Shown here one piece after another: positions 23,657-37,023 of a stretch of DNA of 64,000 bases (positions are counted from its first letter, which is position 1; every line of letters starts with the position of its first letter). A program made the position numbers and the translations under genes. The DNA is from Amphiscolops sp. MND2022 (taxonomy: Eukaryota). The stretch is taken from the NCBI GenBank assembly GCA_964187785.1, contig OZ076409.1, positions 14,944,001 to 15,008,000 of the forward strand, read 5' to 3'. The notes below the pieces were generated by a model. The model was not told where the DNA came from. It saw only the letters and a program-made list of their open reading frames with translations, and searched no databases.

Positions 23657-25386
23657 TGTCGCAGGCTTCCACCTGCAATGGAACAATCATCACGACATCG
23701 GCAAACGGACAAGACGTCGCACCAGGAACAATTCCTACATTCTAGTGTTGAAAATGTAACATTTCCATGAAAAAAATCCTTAGTCAATTAAAGATTTTGA
23801 TATGGTACTTTGTATTAGTCTCTTAACTGTTGCTTAAAAATGCTGATTTAGTTTTTGTAGGTGATGTAAATTAGAATGAATTAGAATGCAAGCAATCCAA
23901 TTACTGTACGCTGTAAAGGAAACGAGTTCAAATGTTAAAACGTCTCGTTTCGGCGACGTAGTTCGTTCCCTGTTATTAACCAATCACAGTGCAGTATAGC
24001 TAGTATTATCTTTCAGCAATACATTATTCGGCTGGTTATGGCGGCTTGCCTTGATCGAAATACTACGCTTACGGACGCTGGTTCACTGGCCAATTCCGGC
24101 CTACTTGGTTTTTATCAAACAATCTGTGTTGTTTAACTTTTAGTGCAGTGCATTTCTTGGGAAGTGCTTGTAATTGTCTTAATACGCCATATGTAGTGAT
24201 TAAAGATGTTAAAGAAGCGGTGTTAATTGTTTTATTTAAACGATTAAACCCAAAGTCCAATTTGATTGGAGCATGACTTTATTATCCGTTTCTTGTATAT
24301 TGGCCAATTTGTGACAAGATTGCGAATGAAACCCATGATAGTAGAAATATTTGACCGGACATATATTTGTTTACAGGATTGAATGTAAAATGGAATGTTG
24401 ATGCGTATTTCTAGTACAGTTGAAGCTTTATTGCCATAAACAGTTGTTGCTATCTGTGAACTAGGAATGATTTTCCTCTTGACCATACACTAACAGGACA
24501 AATTCCTGAATTGCTTTGATGAAATTGTTGCCGCTAACAAATATTGATTTGGTAGTGTTCCGCACTGGTCAAGTGCTTTTTAAAGAATTTGTAAATAGTT
24601 AGGTTGATATGTAAAGAATGTGAGTGTCACCCTCTCTCTCAGAAGTATATTTTCTGGAGTATTCTTCTGGAGAGGGACACAATTTTTGCACGTCTTCTTT
24701 AGTTCAGCTTGGTAATATAGTCATTTAACTATACAACTTTCCAAACTTTGTTTTCCGAACAAAATAATTTAGTATTTTTACTCGGATTCTCCTCAATGCC
24801 TACTACCAGAAAGCAAGAGAAAGCTAGGAAGTCTGGGGGACTAGAGATGCTCTCTGATATTGAGAATATGGATATAATGATCCATGAAAATCATTTTGAC
24901 ACGGTAGAAAGAGAGGAAATTTTAAATAACACTTTTGCTAGAAGGCCTGAAATTGCTAATAGTAACAACCTTAACCATGATGATGAAAACATGTATTTGA
25001 ACCCAGGAGTTTTCAACTAAGGTGCTGACGCCGATCACGGCCGACACTCAGCAAGTGCCAACTCTAGTGCTGAGAATAATACATTGTCGAGTGAGTTAAA
25101 CTCGAGGCTTTCTAGACGTTTGTATGAAATGATAAGCAGTGTTATTAGCCAGATCCAGAAGGCGATTAGTGACGCAATTAGCTGCCAAATAGTGCCTCAG
25201 TTTCAAAATGCCCTAAATTCCGGATCGGGCCGTTTGACACAGAACGACAGAATGGATGGAACGTTCCGGCTGAGAGACCGGAAATTAACCCCGAAGTATA
25301 CCGCAGTGACAAAACTGAAAAAAACTCAAAAAGTGAGCCAATTGGTGATCGTCTTAACGACGATATCACACATCAAGCTTACAACA
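23657..25386 (+). repeat. 5' LTR of copy E (1730 bp)
   Basis: TGTCGCAGG...TTACAACA, followed by the PBS-like TGGTGATCGGAG; direct repeat of 35805-37023. Confidence 0.9.
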
Positions 25387-26507
25387 TGGTGATCGGAGAT
25401 AACGAATCTCCAATCCAAGTTCCTGAGTTTCTCACGAGACGAAGGCCATCACAAAGTCATCTCAACGATTCCCATGATGACCTCAATCCCCTTCTTGACG
25501 CGACGATCCCAGGACAAGAGAAAACTGCACCGGATATCGAATTAGATCTAATCAACAGGCTAACTGATGTCTTGACTAGTATGCAGAATCAACCAACGGC
25601 CCAACAACTCACTACTCGTCCGATCAACTCTAATACAATTACCTTTGACGGCAAAAGCGAAAAGTTCGAGCTTTTCGAGGATCTTCTCCACACCATGATC
25701 AAGATACAGCCCGAGATGTCTGAGCAAATGAAAATCAATCACTCTCACTCACTTTTGAGGAAAAATGCGTTGCAGACATTCAGAAACATTAGTACCGCTA
25801 ACAGGCAAACCCTCGAAGACGAATTAGTTATCTTCAGACGCAAATACGTCAAGCCTGAGTCACAAGCGACTGCCAAACACAATTGGCACCGCTTGGTCTT
25901 TGACCCTAACACAATGAAGTTACCAGACTTCCTTGAAGAGTTGAATCAAGGCGCAGGAAAAGCGTTCGAAGACAACGCCCGAAAATTATTTACAGTTTCT
26001 TATACGCAAAACTGCCGCCAAAGCTCAAAACATCAGTCAACATGGCCAGACTGGAAAGTGGCTCTTATGATGAATAAGTCGCTCATTTTGAGAGAGAATT
26101 AGAGCGTAACGCTCTTGAGGAATCTGACGACTTTCCAATGGCAACAATGACCTCCTCAACCCCCAAATCTCAAACCCCTCTCTCAACTGGACAAATGACT
26201 GACACGGACAAATTACTGCAAGGAAAAGGGCCATATGATCAAGGACTGCGAGAAACTGAAAAAGAAAAAGAAAAAGATGCCCAACAAGGCAAACCGACTC
26301 AGAAGAAAACTTATCCTGAGTGTGGAAATTGCGGCAAGAAAAACCATCCCGAGGAAAGATGTCGGCAAGGCGCAGGTGCGCACCAAGCGCAACAGACCTG
26401 AGGACTCAAATGACAGCAAAACAGATTCAAAAGTTCAAAAGCCTCATTCAAAACCGACATCGTCTAATTCCCAATCTTCATCCAAGAATGATGATTCCAA
26501 AAACTAG
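24796..26507 (+). pseudogene. gag: gag of copy E, frameshifted
   Basis: MPTTRKQEKARKS start; fragments closely similar to gag A, including CGNCGKKNHPEERC and the SKN* end. Confidence 0.92.
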
Positions 26508-29500
26508 CTTCGCCACGACCACAATATATCCAACTAGTATCAGTCCGACAAACATCAGGTCGGATCCTCCAGCAAAAACTTTTCATGACTATAAACAACA
26601 ATTGATGGGCTACCCCTCTGGTGTCTGGCAGCAGCGGATGGAAAAAGCTATCATTATTACTTTCAATAATGCTCATTTGTATCAAAACCCATTTCCTGTT
26701 TGTGTGATTGACGATTACAATCCAACGTACATCAATTCAGACTACGGTAGAGATACATATTGAGACACTGAGATCTATAATCAAGATCTATTACAATTCC
26801 AATACGTCCTAGATGACATCGAGCACTACAAAACAACAGTCCACGAGAACCCTCCAATAACGCGCAACAAGAAAACAAGAGCGTTGATTGAAACTTGGTA
26901 AATGAACAATGGCACCAACCATCCAGTGTCCCCAAACCCCTTGGGAACCAAGAACTCTGAACCCAAATTTGGGGAACTGACCATAGACGGCCTGATTGAC
27001 ACTGGAGCATTATCCAGTGCGGTTCTTTGAATGGACTTCCAGAAAATTTGACTCCTTTCTCCACAACCTGTTATCCGGGAAGGTCCGCCTCCGAATTCTA
27101 CAATCTTAAAACTACAATCGAGCTTATACTTGAGGTTGGTGATATCGAGTTCCACGAAATATTCATAGTAACGGAGCATTTGACGGGACCAATCATCGGA
27201 CTAATGGTCCCTCAGCGAAATCATACAGTTCTGGACATGAGACAGGGAATTCTGAACTTCCCGTTCTTTTCAATGCAGTTAAAAACAGCGGATCATCGAT
27301 ATTGGAACGTTTTGGAACTGAACCTCAATCCGACAGATGTTACCATTCCTCCGAATGATAGAGTCCTAATCAGGACAAATTCCCCACTTTACCCTGAGAA
27401 TGCTGTCACCTGGTTACTGCAACCGAGCGACCTTCTACATAAAGAGGGCGACATTACTTTTTCCCCATCTTTGGTCAGTTTGAATAATTGCAATATACAG
27501 ATACCGGTGAAAAGCTTCGCGGATCATCCCTACAAACTTTAAAAGAGACTCCATATTGCTAGCTTCTTTGTTATGACGCCAAAACAAATGAAACATGTCA
27601 AACCAATTGATCTGGCATCAACCTGGCACCTTCTGCAAAATAACTAAGAGCAGGCAGCCCATTATGTCAGCAGTCTCATCAAGACCAATTAAAAACCCTC
27701 AGATTTCCGAAAATTATTGGTTTCCAACTCCGGAAATCCCTGGAAACCTAGATGAGCACACTTCGATCCAGAAAAGGATACAACGGGAACTACAGGCCTT
27801 ACAGGACCTAGAAATCATTGACCCTACTAAAGATGAGAAATCTAGAGCAAAGTTTCAAGAAAATTTTGATTGGAAAGATTCCATTTTAGAGATTATTTGG
27901 GGCATTCGAAGAATTTGGGCATATTTTTTGGGGTGCGCCGAAACCGGTCATCACCCCAACTGACAACAAAGCTGTCACTCAATTTTTCCAAACGAAAATT
28001 GTACCCCCGTCCTGTGGATTGCTTGGGACTATGTAATACAATTCAATTTTGTCATAGCGCATATTCCAGGAGCACAGAATACGACAGCAGATTATTTGTC
28101 GCGCCTGGAAGCTGACCAAAAGGACAAACTAGTCATGAAAATCAGGGAGGACGTACAAACGGTCCCCATCGAGATAAATGTCCGTCAGCAGGCGTCGCCC
28201 AAGAAGAACAAATCTTCTATACAAATGATGACGATGAGACGGAAGGCCATAATTGGGCGAGGAAAGAAGCAATTCGACGAAATCCCGCCACATCAGAAAC
28301 AACAATTACAATCCAATCCGTCTCTGCAAACCTGAATAAACAACAACCTGAAATACAAGTCCGTTTAAGGAAGACGAACCAGATAATAATTGAGCATTCC
28401 AAAGATGCGGTAATACAGCAATTGAAGACAAAACTCCATCATGAGGACTATTCAGAGAAAGTACTGCAACAGGATGCCAGATACAGACATTATACAAACA
28501 ACTCAGAACGAATTATAGTCAAGGAAGACATCCTAACAATGCAAACAGGGAAATTAAAATACCATCAAATTCTCCTCCAACAGCTTTTGCTTCAAGAATT
28601 GTTTCAGTCCCTTCACGGAACGGCTCATAAGCACCCTGGCATCTCGAAATTGTTGCAGTAGATAATACAAAAGTATTACCATCCTAGCATGGCAACTCTT
28701 ATTAAAAAGTGGGTAGAAGGGTGCGAACAGTTCGAAAAAGGACAAACGTGGCCCCAATGCAACGATCAGGCTTGAACTACTTAACTTGTCCGAATGGGAC
28801 CTTGATTCCGAGGACGCTATGCATATCGACTTATTGTCAAATCTTCCTTCAAGAGGAGGTTTTGAAATTGTTCTAACTGCAATTGATGTCTTCTTTCGAT
28901 ATCTGTTCACATAAACTCTGACGAACGCCTCAGCGGTCAATGTAGCAAAAGTGCTCATTGACATAATGACTAAACATTTATAATTCAAAGGGTACTGCCT
29001 AATGAGAAATATATTGTACCTCATCTCAATACAAAAAAAACTCAAACTTTGCATCGCATTCGCCCTAAAAAGTTTGTTCCCAATCAACCGCTTGAGGACA
29101 ATTTCCGGGAAGAGCGACTACAGCAGGACGAAGACATTGTCATTCCGCAAGACAATTTGTACACAATAACGTGGGAAACAAACTCCGTTGAACAACTAGC
29201 TACACGAGGCAATGAGCAACTTCCGACTAGCATGCCGAACGGCGAAAGACAGATTACGTCAGATACGATTTGACCTGACGCACGCGAGAATGAAGCTGAT
29301 TACATATGCACGACGGATAGTCCGAATGACGTCAAGGATGTGGCGCAAAGTCAGAATGAAAGAATGAAAAATGACGTCAGCAACAGAAATGAAGCTAATA
29401 AATCTGAAAAGAATGAAAACTCTGATTGTCCGGATTCGACAGTTTACCACAAAAATCAAGAAAAAAGTTGTCCAAACTTGTCCAAAGGACAAGAAAATGA

Positions 29501-29688
29501 TGCCAATTTTTAGGAAGATAATTCTTCTAATGACAACGATGCACGAGACTCTTCAAAAAAGGGGGATGATATTGTCGTGCCCTAAATGTCTCAAAGCGAT
29601 GATAGAATTGAACGTCTGAGCCCTAGAGGAGGAAAACAAACGTCAAGCCTGACCCTAACCCAAACTACTCAGAAGATTTCAGATACTG
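26504..29688 (+). pseudogene. pol: pol of copy E with large internal deletions (RT lost near 27890; part of integrase lost near 28980)
   Basis: LIDTGALSS; DWKDSILE is joined directly to AFEEFGHIFWGAPKP; SLHGTAHKHPG; IDVFFRYLF; ends YSEDFRY*. Confidence 0.88.
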
Positions 29689-29904
29689 AAAAGGAGTGAA
29701 CTACGTCCAGAAACGAGCGGTATTTTTTCTTATTTCTTTTCTTTCATTTTTTCTGGTCCCATGAAAGTTTTTGGGACAATTGGAAAATCCCTTTGGAACC
29801 AAATAAGTACAGGGGTGCAGAAACAAAACGGAAAAACAACATCAGGGAGAAATCAATCAACAAAGATTACAGTTTTAACACGTACATAGATACATATGTA
29901 CATA

Positions 29905-32900
29905 CTAGTCTTTAGAGGAACACTGGAAAAGCTTTCTGGAAGACGATGAAAGGGTTGAACTACTGCTACCTAATCTTTTTTCTGTGATTTTGTATGAGAA
30001 TTGTTACTGCGGATTCATCGGGAACAAACGAAGCATTCGTTTTCTCAAGACGAACCGAACGGGCAATAGGGACAGATGTGACTGCCTTGTACGAAGCCAT
30101 TAGACCATTATAACTTTTGGACCGACCAAACGTATCAACGTATGTCCATTGGTCGTACTCGGCAGCAAAGGCGGATTGTCCAAAAGAAGCACTAAGGTGG
30201 GAGAATTTCTCCAAATTAACCTCGGTTATACAGCTGGGAATGGAACCTGAGACGCAGGAAAGATAACTTTGACCAGGCGTGACCACTGACAACGATATCT
30301 TGTTTTGTTAACAGTTCCAAATAAACACTGGAGAATACTGGGGACTGGAACACAGGCAGCACAATTTAAACAGATAAAGGAGATGCTCATGGGTTGGAAG
30401 AAATCGAGTTTCATCAGAAAATCTATGATGTCGTTGGAACTCTCTGAAAAGTTAAAATCAGGAGGGTAATTTACTCGCAAACAGTCCAGTAGAACAATGT
30501 ACTTGTCCCGGCAAAAATTCTCATTGTCGCTCGTCACCCAAGATCGACGTTGAAAGGTGGAATATATAAAGTCGAAGTGACGAAGGCCGATCTCTGCAGG
30601 TCTTTTAAACAAGATGAAAGGATCGAAAGCCGCTAGTCCTTTGACTATTTCCGATAGTAAACCAGACTGGTTGAGGACTTCCTTCAAAAAGTACTGGATG
30701 AATAGGAGCCCTTCTCTGGCAAAGCTTGATGTTGCCTCCTCTGCAGTCTGCAGTCTTGTGTATGGCAGCCTTTTCAGACTTCTTGTTCAAGTGGACGACT
30801 TCGGCGTTCTGCTTGCTGGCAGTAGCAACCTTATTGACCAAACGAAACCGGATTAGGAAATTCTCTTCTGTCAAGATTTTGCCCTCACTAACGTTGAATC
30901 CAAGCAGGAGGAACCACGAGTTTTCGAGTGGAATCGTCTCAGGCAGGTTACATCGGGAGCACAACATAGAGATGAATCGGCAAACTTCCCCACAAAGGAA
31001 GAATGTGGCATCCCGTCTGCTCTGAAGATTGATGACGAAACTGGTCACGTCTGAAACACAAATAATCTTTTGGGAGGAACCGGATATATGCGTAGGACTA
31101 GATGAGAGAACTCAGTGTATTTCCAATACAGAAATTCAAAGTCTTGTGCTATCATAATACAAAATCAGAACCCTGAATGTGGAATAGTCCGAATGCTCAC
31201 AATCACTGATGATGCGTTGGAGAACTCCAATTTCACAACGAAGAAGGTGTTGCAAACAAAAGACCAATCGAAACTCTGGACCTGCAACAAAACTTAAGTA
31301 AGAATGTGTACAGCTCATGTAACAAAGTTGAGGATCCCTCAATCCAAAAGTCCGTTTATTGGAATATAAGGCTCATCCGGGGAATCTAACCTGGTTGTGA
31401 ACCCCTTGCATTCCTTGATGTGGTGTGTGAGTAGTCAAATAGTGGCGAATTGTTTTCCAATGCTTCACCAGTTCGCGACAGAGACTCGGCAAGTTGGGCA
31501 AATCTAGTTTGCAAGTAGAAATAGCCTAAACGAACCATTGTTGTCAACAAGCCCTTTGTACCCTTTAGTTTTTTTATCTCGTAGATATACAAATAAACTA
31601 GCTTGAGCCAGTTTGGGCGACTATAGTACCCAGTCATCAGTAGTTGCTGCTCCCACTAAGCTTCGCAGAACCGAAAAGAAGTCAATTCGGCCAAGCACAC
31701 TGTAAGTGGGTTTATGCATCATGGTCTGTAGGTGCAGGTGCTCAAACCGGAAACAGCATTTTACAGCCCGCGAGAGAAGTCCACATTGGTCAATGGTGCG
31801 TATCAGCTCAACAGGGCAGCCTGAGCAAGCGACGATATAAGCCTTTGTGGAAACGACGGATAATATTCTGGACAATGACCCCAACTCTCCAGTTAAATCT
31901 GAGGAAGGGAGTCCACTTCAGCAAACGAAGACACGGCCTAGAGAGTCTCCTTTCCAGAACCTCATTGACATGAGTCTGTTGATACCGGCTCGTTCGTACT
32001 CGATCCCGAAATACTGAGTCGCTGCCACTTGCTCTGTTATGTCCTCCATAGCACAAATGAAGACATTTTGGATAATGGCCTTGAAAGAATATTAAAATAT
32101 TGGATTAGTCTTACTTAACGCATTTTGGTAGATTTAGAAAAGCAAAGCTACTTACCGAGATCCTTTCTTCTCTCCAATCAAAGTCACAGGGAATGTACTG
32201 GTAGTTTGTTAGTGAGCCGACTTGCGCCTACAACCTCCGGAGGACAGAAAGAGCTCCCTGGTACTGGACGAAATATCCTTCAACATGAATCTGTGTCTTG
32301 GCCCGGGATGAAGGTGTTACTAGTGTGGTTGCAGTGCCTTTGACAAAATCGTCGTAGAAAGGGAAACTCTCCCAATGTCAACTAACTCGACATGAATGAA
32401 ACGTGGTAGTTCTTTCGCCAGTCTGATCTTGCTCAAAACTTAACCAATTTGCCCTCTCACCCTGTGTTGCACTTTAACAGTAATTGGATGAACGCTCTTC
32501 AAGTTCTTTTATAACGCCATCTTTGATCTTTTCTGAGGCGCTTTTCCGTTCGATGGTGGCGCAAGATCTCTAGGGTGCCCTTGGTCTTTACGGATCTATT
32601 CTTCTTACAAATATGGCACCATACCATATGTGGGTTATGCAATGGAACAGGTGGCCGAGAAATAAAAGAACGAGTCAATTTTTGCGAAGTTTTGCTCCTT
32701 CATTGATACCCCTCGCGTCAGTCTTCGCTGTTTCCTCTTGGGCGTCTTACCAGGTCCTGTTGGACGTGATTCTCCGGGCGTTGCCTGGTGGCGCAATTCA
32801 GACAGTGTGGCATCTAGACTAGATTGCACGGTGGATTCAAAGCCTTTGCTCTGTGGTTTTGCTTCTACTAATCCTTGACTCCCAGGAATGGAATCCGTAA

Positions 32901-34241
32901 CAACGAGCTCTTTGAAAGCCTAGGAAACCAGAGCTGTCACTTTCATTGAAGGAATCAGAAACTGCTTTTCCTGCTTCCGTATTGAATTCCCCGGTCGTGT
33001 CAGTCCCGGCTCCGGAATCGTCTTCTTCATGTGTCCCATCACCAGAGTCTTTGAAATGTCTCGTTCGTGGTGTTTGGGCCCCAGTCTGAGACCTAAAATG
33101 GTCAGTCCTAGACCTAGATGTAACGGGTGCTCCCTTGACGGCTCCTATCACCATCTGTTCCATAGCAGTGTAGGACATCTTCAAAGTCTCATCTGTCAAG
33201 ACTAGTAGAAGGAGATACACCTGGGACTCTGTCAAAGCTACAGTTCTATGCCCTAACGGGAGGGTCATTATCGCGGCATCCTCGTCGGAACATTGTTTCA
33301 AAGTCGCGCTGCTACGCACAGATAGCTCTCATGTCCCAGCATCTTGTGGCTTGGAGGTTGACGGTCCAATTGGGTAGGTAAGTACCCGGAAGTACTTACT
33401 AAACTGTCATCTTCCCCAGGTGAAGGATCATTCGTAACTGGAATAAAGCCATGTAGCTCCGGAGAACTGAGTTGGCTTGATCCGTCCCCGGTCTCTTCTG
33501 CCTCTGTCCCATCATCAAGGAGCCACACTTTAGTTTCTCCTTGGGGAAGATTGGGCGAATCACAAAAAGACCTGTCTCAGGCTGCAGAAAAGGAACAGCA
33601 GATGCCTCATTGGTAGAATCTGCGGCAGGCAATATTTCCGGAAGAGCTGTCCTCGAAGAGGCGGCAATCCTGAGCCCACTTTCCAATTGCGTCAAAGTCA
33701 TCTCCGGAGCAGTCTCTGTTGTTCCAGGTATTGGAGTACTGGTTCACACAAGTAGATGAACGGATTCTGTCTAAGCCTGGGTAACAGACAGATCATCCGG
33801 CTTACACCCTTAACTTTCCACCATTTCTTCTTCTTCCACACTTCCCATTGCTTCTTCTATTTCTCCGAAATTCTCAGCAACTTGTTCGATATCTGACTGA
33901 TTCGCTAGTATCTGTGCTTCTTCAAGAGCACGAACCCTCTCCTCGGCGTATGCAGTGACGTCTACATTACTGTCAGTACTGTTGGGTGATCTAGGACGTC
34001 TAATAGGAGGAAATTGAGGCGGCGATGGTACCATGTTTGAAGCAGGATTAGTGTTCAAATCAGAGGCTGGTGTCTGATCTCTCTCGGTATTCTGGTTATC
34101 TAAAGGGTAGGAAATGAAGTTGGCGGCGTGCTTTCTTGAAAGAAATCCATTTTGTTGCATTAGAAAACTTCTAGAAGCATCTTCCGACCTCACTAGTCTT
34201 AGCACATGAATTAGACGGAAACAAGAAGCGTTCGTGAACAA
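29905..34241 (-). pseudogene. Antisense, intron-containing accessory gene of copy E
   Basis: Homologous to 10735-14809: EILRHHRTEKRLRKDQRWRY, CDFDW...RIS|gtaagt (32155), 135-nt exon 31525-31391, KGLAAFDPFIL, ends QCSSKD* at 29905. Confidence 0.8.
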
Positions 34242-34806
34242 GCTTTAGCCCTGATCAATTTAAACTAGTTCAAATTACTAAAAATCCAGACCAACCTGAA
34301 TTTGAACACATGGAGTTGCTCGTTTGCAAATGTGGAGACAGTGCTGCTGGGGATTTGAAAGTACTGGAAACTGGCCGAATCTGGCTGCGAAGGGAGTGTT
34401 GGAAGGTCCAATCCGAAAGGGAAGAAAGAAGATAATAACGGAAATTGTAGTTAATGAAAATAGATAAATCCAATAGGAGATGTGAATTGTAAAAAAAAAT
34501 GGAATCAAGAATGGACAATGCAATAGAGAATTAAAAGTTGGAGATCGTGGTTGAAGAAAATTACCAGACTAATACCTTGTGGATATCTAATTGTTTAAAA
34601 TTGTACATGGAGTCTGCCAGCGAAGTGTACAGAAAATCCTTCATTACTTAAAGCTTGATTAGTTAGAAGCCGATTCTGGCCATTTACCCTGTTTCGTTTT
34701 GCCGTTTTGCTACGTTATTCTTATTATTTTTAATTAGAATTTCCGCCACTTTGGGTTAGTTTAGTTCTCATTTTCGCCATTTCATTTATTCATTTTTATT
34801 TTTATC

Positions 34807-35893
34807 AATGGACAAATTTGATAGGCAAAATCGTTTTGAGAGAAATGATGACGGGAGTGATGAAGGGTAAACACCGGAATATCAAAGGCCGCTGACCATT
34901 GATGGAATTCCATTCAGAAGAGTTTACCCCGACTTATGAAGACTACCTGAAGTTATTACCGCCGAATTGGATATCCCTGGAAAAAGGCCTTTCTCGGCTC
35001 ACTTCGAGCAGCTTATCAGTTTCATTCTGATTGAAACTTTTTTCCACTCAGATGCATCGTTAAATTCTAAATTTGCTAAAAAGGATATAATGCAGAAGTT
35101 TAACTTGTCTAGAAAACTTTCGACTTTGAAGAACAAGACTCCAATCATTCAGCAAATTCAGTCACATACATTACTAGCGACAGTGAGGAAGAAGTCTCGG
35201 GTTCCTGGGATTCTGGAATTCGGACTGGTCTACGGACACAGAGGCGCTAATCAACAGGATAGAGCATGGAGTTAAATCGAACCCAATCCTCATTGGGGGA
35301 CGTGCCATGACTGTGGAGGGACTTGACGGTGAGATGGTGGCTTGTCCAAGTAACTCACAGCCGGGTCCGTCCTCTACCCCGAAACTGGTCCTGTAGTACT
35401 TCGAGAAGAAGCTGTGCTTTGTGCCCTCCAGAAACGTAGAGAAAGCAAAATAGAGCTTTGCAAGAACTTGCTTCCTGTCCTACAATCCCCCATGTCACCA
35501 CCTTCCCATGAAAGAGGGCCCGTAAAGGAAACGCGGTTGGCCCCGTTGCCACAACCGGCTAATTCCGGGTTCAGCGCTTCATATAATGTGCAAGACACGG
35601 TGCCTTACGAGAACGTCAGCAAGAAGATGTACACAAGCTGCATCGTTTGTGGGAGATCAGCTGACGCTATCAAGAGAGAGATGGCAGATGAATTTATAAG
35701 GAGATCAACACCAAGAGGTGAACTGGACTACGTCACAGCAATGAGGAAGGAAGCTTATTTAAATGGACTGAAAGCATGGTCGTTTTTATTTATTCCACCC
35801 GCACGGTCGCAGGCTGCCACCTGCAATGGAACAATCATCACGACATCAGCAAACGGACAAAACGTCGCGCCAGGAACGACTCGTACATTTTAG
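34807..35893 (+). pseudogene. 3' sense accessory ORF (ORF4) of copy E, ending inside the 3' LTR
   Basis: Fragments include the 159-aa ORF with SCIVCGRSAD...SQAATCNGTIITTSANGQNVAPGT; homologous to ORF4 of B. The start is approximate. Confidence 0.7.
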
Positions 35894-37023
35894 TGTTAAA
35901 ACTGAAACTTTTCCATGAAAATAATCCTTAGTCTATTTATACATTTTGATATGGCACTTTGTATTAGTCTGTTTACTGTTGCTTAAAAGTGCTGATTTAG
36001 TATTTGTAGGTGATGTAATTTAGAAATAATTAGAATGCAAGCAATCCAATTACTGAACGCTGCAAAAAAAAACGAGTTCAAATGCTAAAACGTGCCGATT
36101 CGGCGACGTAGCTCGTTCTCTTGTTATCAACCAATCACAGTGGAGTATAGATAGTATTATCTTTCAGGATTACATTATTTGGCCGGTTATGGCCTCTTGC
36201 CTTAATCTAAATACTAGACTTACGGACGCTGGTCCAATGGCCGATTCTGGCCTACTTGGCTTTTATCAAACAATCTGTGTTGTTTAATTCAAAGTTCCGT
36301 ACATTTCTTGGAATGTGCTTGAAATTGTCTCAATACGCCATATGTAGTAATTAAAGGTGTAAAAGAAATGTAGTTAATTGTTTTAATTACACGAAAAAAA
36401 CGCCATGTTCATTAAGATTGAAGCATGACATTATTATCCGTTTCATGTATATTGGCCAATTTGGGACAAAATTGCTAATAAAAGATAGTAGAAGTATTTA
36501 AACGGACATATAACTGTTTACACGATTGAATGTAAAATGGAATGTTGATGCATATTTCTACTACCGTTGAAATATTGTTGCCATAAACAATTATTGCTAT
36601 CTGTGAGCTAGGAATGAATTTCTTCTTGACCCTCACAGGACGAATTCCTGAACTGCCTTGATGAAGGTGTCGCCGCTAACAAATAATAATTTGGTAGTGT
36701 TCCACCCTGGTCATGTGCTTTTTAAGGAATTTGTAAATAGTTTGAATGATATGTGAAAAAAGTGAGTGTCACCCTCTCAGGTTAGTACCCAGATCCAAAG
36801 GGCGATTAGTGACGCAATTAGCAGCCAAATTTTGCCTCGGATTCAAAATGTCTTAGTACGGATTCCGGATCGGGCCATTTGACACTGAACGGATGGAACA
36901 TTCCGGCCGAAAGACCGGAAATTAACCCCGAAGTATACCGCAGTGAGAGAACTGAAAAAAACTCAAGAAGGGAGCCAATCCGTGATCGTCCTAACGACGG
37001 TATCACACATCAAGCTTACGACA
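35805..37023 (+). repeat. 3' LTR of copy E (~500-bp deletion near 36781)
   Basis: Aligns to 23657-24640, then jumps to ~25140-25386; ends TACGACA followed by the TSD. Confidence 0.9.

Larger units (their letters stand above)
23657..37023 (+). mobile_element. Ty3/Gypsy-type LTR retrotransposon, copy E (both ends present, decayed, RT deleted)
   Basis: LTRs at 23657-25386 and 35805-37023; 5-bp TSD TGGAT at 23652-23656 and 37024-37028. Confidence 0.95.

Noticed and set aside
36781..37023. gag fragment after the 3' repeat of E read as a second tandem element
   Set aside because: It ends exactly at TACGACA followed by the TGGAT TSD, so it is part of the LTR.
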